Assembly: GCF_001194135.2 (NCBI RefSeq)
Contig: NC_068989.1
Location: 88,656,989 to 88,720,988, forward strand
From: Octopus bimaculoides
Taxonomy: Eukaryota
Length of the DNA stretch: 64,000 bases
Direction of reading: 5' to 3'
Position 1 is the stretch's first letter. Every line of letters starts with the position of its first letter. This document shows, in pieces, positions 53,111 through 64,000 of this stretch. The notes beneath the pieces are model-generated. The model had not been told where the DNA came from. It made no database searches and worked only from the letters and a program-made list of their open reading frames with translations. Both the position numbers and the translations under genes were made by a program.

Positions 53111-54352
53111 TTGGGTCAATGCTTTGTATTTGATTACCTCCCTTTTATGTTCTGATTAAATTCTCTTGAGATCAGTTTTGTATTTTATTCCTCTGGTGTC
53201 AAAGTATTGAAGGTAGCTGAGTGGTTCAGATGTTGGGTCACGGTCATGAGTTTGATGCCAAGTGATGCACTGTGTCCTTACTTCGGTTTGATGAGCTGGA
53301 AATTAATCCCAGCTGAGTGCAGCTACAGTTCCCTGCTCTCTTTTTCTCTCACACCAACTGTCACATTCTTGATGTTTCTTTGCATCAAGAGTGAGAACTG
53401 AGTGTGGTGGTGGTGGGGATTGTTTGTTTTGAGTCTGCTTCTGACTACAAGGCACTAAAAGCAAAGAAAGCCTGGTACATTCTACCAAGCCTTGCTTGCT
53501 TGCAAATGATAACTATGTTACCTCCCTTAAAATAGATGGCTTCAAACAAATATATACTTAACTACATGTATGGAGTACTTTTTCCCCATTTGTATTCTCA
53601 AATGTATGTGTTTAAAAGACAGAGAGTGGTGGTTAATTTCAATATTTGTCATTTAGTCAGGGAATGAAGGACAAGCGTGACCAGAAGAAATGGGATAATT
53701 AGCTTCAAACCAGAGACTTGACTCTGCTAAATGCTCCCTAGTCCCTGATGGTAGTGTCTCCCCTCCAAAAACTGAGAATAGAAGGAAATAGAGCAAATTC
53801 CATAAGGTATATCATCTGATGCTCTAACAATTCTGGTAATTTGTTGCCCTAGACAAAGTCTTTATTTTATCATTCCCCCAAAGATATAAAACAAAGCTGA
53901 TCGTACCAGAATTTGAACTCATTCTGCAGAGAGCCTAAACATTTACCCCCAGCTATTTGAGCGTCCTCTAACAACTCTGGCAATTTGTTTCCTATTAATG
54001 TTCTTATTTTAGCCAAAAAATAAATAAAGAAAAAAATGTGTTGAAATGTTGAAGTTCATTGAAGAGAGAAAGATTATGTTTTTTCAACCTTAAATGACTT
54101 TATCATCATCATCATTGCTACTGTTATCATTATCACCTCTTCTTCCCTCCATCACCTCACCACAAAAATCTTTCATCACCTCCATCACCACAAAAAAAAT
54201 CTTTCTCCCAACAATCTGTGTTACATTCATGGCACTGTCCACTTTATCTGTTCTTGGATTGGCAGCTTTGTTCAAAACTTTCCCTTTTTCTCTGCAGAAC
54301 CATACGTGTATCATTTATTTCTGCTTTCTTATTGTTTTTCGTTGTTGTTGTT

Positions 54353-54399
<47 letters not shown>

Positions 54400-54950
54400 T
54401 TTTCTTTCTTATTCCTTTATCCATCAGCCAATACACTGACCATTATTCTGTTTTTACCTTTTATTCTTTGTTTTAAATATCATGTAGTAGTCATAACAGT
54501 AGTAATAATAACAACAACAGCACATGATTTCATCCCATCTTGTCTCCTGTATTTCACTATTGTTTGCAAATGTATGTAACTATTTATGTGTGTGGATGTG
54601 TGTCATACAAGTACCATGGTGTATTTGTAAGTTATTTTATTATTATTATTTTTATTATTATCATCATTATTATTATTATTATGGTTATTATTCCTATGTT
54701 TTTGGGGGCTTTTTTTTTTTTAGTTTCTGTATACTTAATGACTTGGGCTTCAATTCCAAGTTGAACCTGTTGTATGTGATTTCATTAATTATAGAAAACG
54801 ATGCATGTGTATCACATCTGTTACATTTTAGACTTTAGGGTAAATTACAATTCATTCTACAGGCATGTGTAGCAGAGTCTTTGTTCTACCAACTATTTTA
54901 CAATGCCTAATTCCCTGACAAGAACTTTGTTTGTGGCCGGTGTCAGTACT

Positions 54951-55794
54951 AGTAACATATGGGCATTATTAGTAATATATGGGCATTATTAGTAATATAT
55001 GGGCATTATTAGTAACATATAGGCATTATTAGTAACATATGGGCATTATTAGTAATATATGGGCATTATTAGTAACATATGGGCATTATTAGTAATATGT
55101 GGGCATTATTAGTAACATATAGGCATTATTAGTAACATATGGGCATTATTAGTAATATATGGGCATTATTAGTAATATATGGGCATTATTAGTAACATAT
55201 AGGCATTATTAGTAACATATGGGCATTATTAGTANNNNNNNNNNNNNNNNNNNNNNNNNNNNNNNNNNNNNNNNNNNNNNNNNNNNNNNNNNNNNNNNNN
55301 NNNNNNNNNNNNNNNNNNNNNNNNNNNNNNNNNNNNNNNNNNNNNNNNNNNNNNNNNNNNNNNNNNNNNNNNNNNNNNNNNNNNNNNNNNNNNNNNNNNN
55401 NNNNNNNNNNNNNNNNNNNNNNNNNNNNNNNNNNNNNNNNNNNNNNNNNNNNNNNNNNNNNNNNNNNNNNNNNNNNNNNNNNNNNNNNNNNNNNNNNNNN
55501 NNNNNNNNNNNNNNNNNNNNNNNNNNNNNNNNNNNNNNNNNNNNNNNNNNNNNNNNNNNNNNNNNNNNNNNNNNNNNNNNNNNNNNNNNNNNNNNNNNNN
55601 NNNNNNNNNNNNNNNNNNNNNNNNNNNNNNCTAGTAACATATGGGCATTATTAGTAATATATGGGCATTATTAGTAATATATGGGCATTATTAGTAACAT
55701 ATAGGCATTATTAGTAACATATGGGCATTATTAGTAATATATGGGCATTATTAGTAACATATGGGCATTATTAGTAATATGTGGGCATTATTAG
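54951..55794. repeat. 20-bp minisatellite (agtaa(c/t)atat(g/a)ggcattatt) spanning an assembly gap
   Basis: 14 units before the gap and 8 after, directly visible. Confidence 0.92.
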
Positions 55795-57932
55795 CTAGAC
55801 TAGAAAAACAGCATTTGTTCTGGCATTTTATGTTCAGGGCCCAGGTTCTGCCTAGGTTGACTTTGCCTTTCATCCTTTCAGAGTCATTAAATACCACTTG
55901 AATATTGGGGTCAGTGTAGTCAACTTAACCTTCCCCCTAAAATTGTTGGCATAATGCCAAGATTTGTAAACGTTATTCGCTAGACTATTCTTTCTTTAAT
56001 AACCAGAGTGTCTTTTTCTCTCTGTGACAATCAGTCTGTACCTTCTTTCACCATTACCTCGAACTATATCTTCTATAAGAACTGGACCACCATTTTCTCC
56101 TCAATACACCTGCCAGGCTGTACCGTTTCTTCTCTATAACGATTATACTTTCCCTTCAAAACAATAACTACCAAGAAATCATTTGTTCTACCCTTGATAA
56201 AAAATAGTTTATAATAACAGTTTTGAACTTGATTTAGAATTAAAATCTTTTCTTTTCTTTTCTTTTAAGGGACTTCAGTTATTTCATATTTCTTCTGCTT
56301 CAAATATGCTAACTGCTGACATTTCTGCAGTTATCTTTCTGATCATTTTCTGTTGTCAAGGTTAGTGACCACATAATTGGAGAATGCAGCTAAAGTAGGC
56401 TGTCTTCTTATCCAGCTGGGAACTGGTTCTCTTTAGATTCTGGCTCATACAACATATCTCAATTTATAGATATCATAAAAGTCTCATTAGCCTACTAATT
56501 AAACTTTGTTAACAGTAGTGATGCTCTTAACCTGTAACACACAGCTGCTATTAACAGTTTGGTCTTTGTCTCAAACTTTGGTTTTTCTTACATTTCTGAT
56601 TCAAATAGAGTTTGCTTTAAGGTACTTGTTAAATTACTCTCTTCTTCAAAAGTTCTAATGCTTTTTTCTTTCTCATGTTTTCTTCCTTGATTTTCTCCCC
56701 ACTTCTCTCTTCACTCTATCACTCCTCCCTCTCATCTTCTACTGCTGTTTGCTTACATCAGATTCCTATATCTGCAGATACTTAAGAGCGGCTGACCTAG
56801 AAACGGATAACCTAAAAGTAGCATCAACTCCCCAATGCAATTCATTCCAAATCCCAAATCACTTAAGTGAAATTGTAGGTTCATATGGAATACAGCACTC
56901 TCACACCACACCAAATTGGTCAGTTCATGTTGCTCCCTCTAGTTTAGTGTTCTTGTACCTGTGGTGGTTGCTGTTGCTGCTTTGATGTGAACCGACTGAA
57001 CATGTTTTTCTAAAAACTTAACCATCCAACTCTGTGTTTTATTCATTTGTTTCTGTATCCACCTCTGACAGACATCCAGATTTCACATTTATTCAAAGTG
57101 GGACAGAATACATTAAGGTATCTTTTTGTTGCTTCATCTATCTGAGTTCAAATTTCCTTCCTGGTTTTGGACCTGGCATTCAGGCTGAGGCTGGTATCAA
57201 ATTTCATGACCCCAGAAATATTTGGCATTAATGTGTTCTTCCCTTTATTTATTTTATTTTCTCCCAGAATAGTAGTGGAGTTGCTGAAACAACCCAGAAA
57301 ATGAGAATTTCAACATTTTTAATTATTTAGAGAATATCTCGTTACATTCTGAATTCAGATTTTCCTTTTGATGACCCCTGAAGAATAGGTTCGAAGCTTG
57401 GGATTGAGGAAGACATTTAGAGCAGTTCAATGTGTGGTGCATTCCTTGACTGTGTGCTGGGTCCCTTACACTCTCCACCAGCAAATTAATAAAACCACAT
57501 ACACAAAGCACACGCTTCTCTACTCCATTGTCTTTCTGTTCCTGATTAATTTCATAAAAAATCATTTGTTGCTTTTTCCTCATCACAGAATCCCTCATTG
57601 CCTTACCAGCCAGCTCTAACTCAGTTCCCCCCCCCCCACACACACACACTATGCTTCTCCTCACAGATCTCGCTGCACCTGGCCCTGTTATTCACTCCCC
57701 CTCCATTCACCGTTCCACTGCTTACCTGCGTCTTCTACATTTCGCGACAGATTTTAATTTCTCACATCTCTTTTTTCTCTGCCTTGTTTATCTTCCAGTT
57801 GGCTGATACCTTGACCAGAAATATATTTTTGTTGTAAGTCTTCTTCGTTGGAAAATTCTCTCTGCTTGTGGTTATGGATGAGCAAACTACTTCACTTGGT
57901 CACTATTTACCTTTTTTTATATTTAATTTTTT

Positions 57933-58632
57933 NNNNNNNNNNNNNNNNNNNNNNNNNNNNNNNNNNNNNNNNNNNNNNNNNNNNNNNNNNNNNNNNNNNN
58001 NNNNNNNNNNNNNNNNNNNNNNNNNNNNNNNNNNNNNNNNNNNNNNNNNNNNNNNNNNNNNNNNNNNNNNNNNNNNNNNNNNNNNNNNNNNNNNNNNNNN
58101 NNNNNNNNNNNNNNNNNNNNNNNNNNNNNNNNNNNNNNNNNNNNNNNNNNNNNNNNNNNNNNNNNNNNNNNNNNNNNNNNNNNNNNNNNNNNNNNNNNNN
58201 NNNNNNNNNNNNNNNNNNNNNNNNNNNNNNNNNNNNNNNNNNNNNNNNNNNNNNNNNNNNNNNNNNNNNNNNNNNNNNNNNNNNNNNNNNNNNNNNNNNN
58301 NNNNNNNNNNNNNNNNNNNNNNNNNNNNNNNNNNNNNNNNNNNNNNNNNNNNNNNNNNNNNNNNNNNNNNNNNNNNNNNNNNNNNNNNNNNNNNNNNNNN
58401 NNNNNNNNNNNNNNNNNNNNNNNNNNNNNNNNNNNNNNNNNNNNNNNNNNNNNNNNNNNNNNNNNNNNNNNNNNNNNNNNNNNNNNNNNNNNNNNNNNNN
58501 NNNNNNNNNNNNNNNNNNNNNNNNNNNNNNNNNNNNNNNNNNNNNNNNNNNNNNNNNNNNNNNNNNNNNNNNNNNNNNNNNNNNNNNNNNNNNNNNNNNN
58601 NNNNNNNNNNNNNNNNNNNNNNNNNNNNNNNN
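57933..58632. other. Assembly gap (other gaps: 17087-17449, 25287-25296, 42600-42958, 55235-55630, 60433-60845)
   Basis: Runs of N. Confidence 0.99.
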
Positions 58633-58815
58633 ATATAGAATATATAAACCAATAACACTAGTGTAAATGATTTCTTGATACAATGTCATTTGAAATTGTC
58701 TCGTTTGAAGCTGTTAAAAAGTCTCTTTCTCTCTTCCTCTCCCTCCGTCCAAGCCTCATCCTTCCCCCCTCTCTATTTTTTTTTCTTTAACCTGATAGCC
58801 CCTGTTTCTCCTCTA

Positions 58816-58855
<40 letters not shown>

Positions 58856-59582
58856 GCATGCTCTACTTTAAGACTAACAATTTGTGAAAATACACTAAAC
58901 TGAAATTTCATTTTATTATATTTAAGTAACAACGAATTAGTTTAATCATAATAATGATATTATTAATAATAACAACAACAATATCAAAAAAGATAATCTA
59001 GGTTGGATAATCTTGAATGTATTGCCTACATATGTGTCACAAAGATATGTGAGACAGCTTTTCACTGAGGTAATGTGCTATGGACTGTATTGTTATGGTA
59101 CATATTGAATAGCTTGCCATCAAGATTTTTCTGATTTACATATGTTTTATTGTTTTCTTTTATTCAAAATATCCACACACACTGGTGCTGTATGGTGGTT
59201 TTGTTGCATACCCAGTGTGTTTCATTCACTCGTTTTCTGCATAAGAAGTGCAGAATAAAGGTGATTGGAGTTTTAGGGTAAGTGCGTGAGACACATTTCG
59301 AAACCTAAGTTGAAAATGTTTGTACAATTTGTAAACACTTTGAAACTGTTGCCTGACATATCAACAAAAATGAACGAAGTTGAGAGAACACTTAGAAACA
59401 GATGCACACACTATAGCAATATTTTTATAGCATCCACACATACACACATATATAGTAATGTTTGTTTTTATGTCAAGTTATAATAAAAAGCAATTTAAAT
59501 CTAAACTGAAGAATTACACAATTTGTTTTAGTTGAGTACATATTTATTATTGTTCTATATTTAAGAGATGAGGAATTATTTT

Positions 59583-59814
59583 ACATTATTTACAATTGAC
59601 AGATATTTGTCCTCATCTTGTTTGTTGTAAGCACAACATTTCGGCTGATATACCTTCCAGCCTTCATCAGGTGTCTTGGGGAAATTTCGAACCTGGGTTC
59701 TTAGGTTCAAAATGTCCCCAAGACACCTGATGAAGGCTAGAGGGTATATCAGCCGAAATGTTGTGTTAACAACAAACAAGGTGAGGACAAATATCCGTCA
59801 AATTTAAATGATGT
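59583..59814. mobile_element. Palindromic Penelope-like element with hammerhead-like cores; truncated copy at 48408-48469
   Basis: Arms of about 87 bp (59596-59682 / 59715-59801). CTGATGA-(a)-stem-GAAA on + (59727-59758) and - (59639-59670). Confidence 0.55.
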
Positions 59815-60144
59815 TGATAGTGACTTTGAAGTTTCAAGCTAAGCAGACCAAAACTTCAAAGTTACAGTCAATGCTATCCTTGTGATGTATAAGACTTTGG
59901 GATTTACTTGAATTTTTTTTTTTGAAAATACATTCCTATGTCAAATCTGAAATATAAAATATGTAAAAGTTGATTCTCATTCTTTAACATGTTGCTTGGA
60001 TTGGTTTCACAAGCTGTTCCTTGGCCAAAATGCTATCCCTGTTCATGACTTGCTGCTATTCCCTTTGCTTCACATCCTTTTTCAATTGACCTTCTTGAGC
60101 TGGCCATAGCTTTTTAAAAAAATGCAGCACAAAAAATAATAAAC

Positions 60145-60330
60145 CTGCTTCTATTGGTAATACTGTCTCTGCCTGGCTTTTTCTTCTCCCATACCTTGTC
60201 AGCTTGCTAACATTTGCGGTCACTAATATTTTGTATGCATCACTGTTATTTCCCTCTTCCAGTGAGTATAACATGGACATGCGTGGATAAGACTGAGCCG
60301 CCCTCATTTGTACGATAACCTCATATGTTG
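60145..60330 (-). CDS. Exon of a convergent gene encoding a fibulin-type C-terminal (FC)-like domain
   Basis: Minus-strand acceptor cttttatccacaactag|CA and donor GCAG|gtttat (alternative donor AAG|gtatgg at 60195); 186 nt, phase 1-1. IVQMRAAQSYPRMSMLYSLEEGN aligns ungapped to recalled FBLN5 IFQMQATTRYPGAYYIFQIKSGN, and ETVLPIEA to EIQLDLEM. Confidence 0.55.
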
Positions 60331-60373
60331 CTAGTTGTGGATAAAAGCTTTTAAACATTTTATTTTATATACA

Positions 60374-60432
<59 letters not shown>

Positions 60433-60907
60433 NNNNNNNNNNNNNNNNNNNNNNNNNNNNNNNNNNNNNNNNNNNNNNNNNNNNNNNNNNNNNNNNNNNN
60501 NNNNNNNNNNNNNNNNNNNNNNNNNNNNNNNNNNNNNNNNNNNNNNNNNNNNNNNNNNNNNNNNNNNNNNNNNNNNNNNNNNNNNNNNNNNNNNNNNNNN
60601 NNNNNNNNNNNNNNNNNNNNNNNNNNNNNNNNNNNNNNNNNNNNNNNNNNNNNNNNNNNNNNNNNNNNNNNNNNNNNNNNNNNNNNNNNNNNNNNNNNNN
60701 NNNNNNNNNNNNNNNNNNNNNNNNNNNNNNNNNNNNNNNNNNNNNNNNNNNNNNNNNNNNNNNNNNNNNNNNNNNNNNNNNNNNNNNNNNNNNNNNNNNN
60801 NNNNNNNNNNNNNNNNNNNNNNNNNNNNNNNNNNNNNNNNNNNNNTTTTAAAATTTGCATTTCAACTCCATCATTGGATTGCTAACATTGACTCTTAATC
60901 TCTTAAC

Positions 60908-60994
60908 CTGGAGGGACAGAGGAAGAGAGGTGGGGTTGGGAAGACACTTTTTGGAATGTTACATTTTTCCATCTTCATAGTTGTCGCACCAAAT
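60908..60994 (-). other. Probable upstream exon of the fibulin-like gene, with a frame problem
   Basis: Strong acceptor ttttcttctttatttcag| and donor CAG|gttaag. The frame that joins the next exon (NVTFQKVSSQPHLSSSVPP-A-TYEV) contains a TGA unless one A is added to an A5 run. Confidence 0.35.
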
Positions 60995-62045
60995 CTGAAA
61001 TAAAGAAGAAAATAATAATAATAATAATAATAATAATAGAATGTTTTGAGATGATTAATAATTTCTTACAGTGCCACTAAGCTTTTTTTTTTTTTTTTTT
61101 TTCCCCCCCATTTTTTTCTTTTGGTGATGAAGAACACGGGGATATAATCAGCAGTTGGTGACCATAGAATATTTAATAATGATAATAATGATGAAGTTGA
61201 ATATAAATTAATGGCTCAATATGCTCTTGTTTAACTTGGAAGATTTTCTTTTCAGCTTTAAACAAATTAATCCTCCTCTGGTGTTTGAAAATTTTGTTTG
61301 TTTGTTTTTTTTAACAATTGTAGTGTGTGTGTATGTGTGTAAAAGTGTTATAGCAGATGGATTGTTTTGTAATGGGCAGTCTATTGCAAATACAGTAACT
61401 ATTAAAATTGATGTGTGTGTCTGTGTGCAGGGTCTCAAAGAGAAATTTTGCAAGGAAAGTGAGCAGTGTATTCTTTCTCTTTCAGAAATTCAAGAAGGCT
61501 CTGTGTGTGTGTATGTGTGTGTTTAAGATGGGAGGCTCCTGTCACAAGTCCCTACTTGGCTCTATATGCCCCAGACTGATGTACCAGCTGATATTCCTAA
61601 TAGGTCATGTATGTGTGTGTGTGTGTGTTTTGAAATAAGACTGGAGGGGTAAATTTGAGTTTATCTGAACTGGTGTGTGTATGTGTGTTGTTATTATTAT
61701 TATTATTATATTTGTAAGCATAACTGTGTGTACAAACACATGTAAAGACTTGACTACATGGATGTAATCTCATATTTCTGTTCATTGGATTAATTTTTCA
61801 AAAAGATTCTTTCTATTGCGCTGAATAAAACCTTTCCACAAAGCAGTGTTGTCTTATTTCCTTTGGCCCTCAAAGAAGCACACCAACTGTCTTCCACCCA
61901 TTCAATAGATATTAGATAAATCTGTCTTCTTTGGTTCAACACTTTGAAAGAAAAACCCATCTTTACTGCATCATACGAGTCTATAGAATGCACACATACA
62001 CATATGTATGTGTGCACATGTATATATATATTCATACATACATAC

Positions 62046-62083
<38 letters not shown>

Positions 62084-63740
62084 TACATGTGTGTGTGTCT
62101 GTATGATTATATATATAACTAATCAGAAATATAATTTTTTTTTGTTTTAAAGCATAAACTGTAATGAATGTCTTCAAGGTATGTTGTAATACCAAGGCCA
62201 AATTTATTATTTATCATTCCAGGGTTTGTAAAATTAAATTGGCCAAGTGCCATCAATTGTACCATCATACTTACAAGAATCAAGCTTTGTATTTGAATAA
62301 GAAATTATTAGTATTATTATTATTATTATGGTGATGGATCGAGGTGGCAAGCCAGCAGAAGTTATTTTCATACCAGGCAAAATTCTTATTGGCACTTCAT
62401 CTGTCTTTACAGTTGATAAAACTACCAGTTGAGTCCTGGGATCAATATAATCAACCACATTTCTGCTACCTTCAAAATTGTTATCCTTGTTTCAAAATTT
62501 GAAACAATTATCACTATTTAAAACAAAGCCTTGAGTTGTTAGGCATCATAGTATGAAGTCCATGACTAAATATAATGCTTATTTATTCATATTGTTTTGG
62601 CTTAATCATGTTTTATCTTGTAGCCTTGAGGTTTTGATGAGGTAGCTTTCAACTTTTAGTAAGATTTTGTAGGGTAGGTGTGAGAGGCCAAATCTGGCCA
62701 GTTTGAACATAAACCTGGTTCGATATTTTGGTTGGATATGGCTAGTTAAAATGCTAAAGGGCTAAATAAACTTATGTATTTTTACTCTGACATCTCCTAA
62801 GATCTCGTCTCTTGACTCTGTCTCTCATGAACAACTGCAGAGTACAAGTACGTTGCTGTTTGGCTGAATCTATGATTTGGTTTCAATCCCCAGTTGAATT
62901 ATTTCACTGACTGAATGTCAATTTTGCAACTTTCATATTCTTCACAACATTTTGTTTCTTCAAAGGCATGTGCTGCCCTCTAATTGACCACAATTACAAA
63001 AGAAACTATTTCCTCCCAATATGAGGTGTGATTAGAAATTGAGAATCCCTTTTCTCTCTTAACACTCTCAAAGTTTTTTTAAATATCTCTGAGTACCTTT
63101 CCTTTCTTTAGTTTAGCTATTAACTCCCTGAATCAAACATATTTTATTCTTTCTCACACTAAAGTGGTATGCTTCTTTCTGTTGGCATTTTCCCCCACAA
63201 CAACCTGATGAATTGTTATCAAATGTTAACTTCCTCCCAATTCATATTGTAAGAACAATTTCTTTTGCTTGTCTGCTATACATAAATGTAAACACTATGT
63301 ACTACCTTATTTAAACTTTATATTTCATCATATGTTTTTTGTTGTTGTTACTGAAGCAATGTGAAAGTAAGTGCCTTCCAGAATATTCCATTTACAATTT
63401 CAGTTGAGGTTTTTTTTTTTTGTTTTTTTTTGTGTGTGTGTCTGTGTTTTAGCAAAAAACATTTTTATTTAGATGTATTTTTCTCTTTTTTGTTATGGTC
63501 AGTTGTATGGTTAAAGATGTAATTTTATTGTTGTTGTTATTATTATTATTATTAAGGGCAATGAATTAGTAGAGTCACTAAAACAACAGACAAAATTCCT
63601 TGTGGTATTTCTTCTGGCTCTATGTTCTGTGGTCAACTTTGCCTTTCATCCTTTCAGGGTTGATAAAATAATGTACCAGTTAAGTACTGGGGATGACAGT
63701 ATCAATTCAAAATTGCTGGCCTTGTACCTAAATTAGAAGC

Positions 63741-63792
<52 letters not shown>

Positions 63793-64000
63793 TTGCAATA
63801 AGTGCTTATGTTTATTCACCTGGTTTGCATATTGTCAACATATGTAAATATACCATAATTGTTTCTAAATGTATTCTTGGAAAATTACTTTGAGCATGTA
63901 TGCAATATTTATGTTCCCATCGTATATATGTAAAATTTTATCCTGCCATCATTGCAGATAAATTTTCTGGAATCTGTTATATGTCTTCATATATATAAAT

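Noticed and set aside
42448-55794. Regular repeats as possible CRISPR arrays
   Set aside because: Contiguous tandem units with no unique spacers, no cas genes, eukaryotic context.
57398-57619. RKT...VCWVPY resembling GPCR TM6 (CWxP)
   Set aside because: In-frame stop just upstream, polar residues in the putative helix and no NPxxY. A CWxP[YF] match is not unlikely by chance in 64 kb across six frames.
59960-60358. Pogo/Tigger transposase N-terminus reading of the minus ORF
   Set aside because: The resemblance is weak; splice sites and the ungapped fibulin-type alignment explain the region better.

Overview
AT-rich, microsatellite- and SINE-dense animal genomic DNA with six N-gaps. The repeat landscape suggests a coleoid cephalopod, probably Octopus (inference). 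The main feature is a + strand CDK12/CDK13-family kinase gene. Nine coding exons (25554-51476) splice in frame through canonical GT-AG sites into about 1222 codons before the stop: RS/Pro-rich region, complete kinase domain ([38 protein letters not shown]) and a long low-complexity tail. The first, RS-domain exon was not found and probably lies upstream of the window. Near the right end there is evidence for the 3' exons of a convergent - strand gene with a fibulin-type C-terminal domain; its best exon is 60145-60330 and a neighbouring exon appears frameshifted. Introns hold at least two tRNA-headed SINE families, RTE-type 3' tails and RTE/CR1 LINE fragments, TTAA-flanked and mariner-type MITEs, Helentron-like elements, minisatellites, long inverted repeats and a Penelope-like palindrome with hammerhead-like cores on both strands. 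No RNA genes or CRISPR arrays were found, and I found no firm evidence of a wholly new multi-gene system. Comparisons to human proteins and exon sizes are from memory and need verification.
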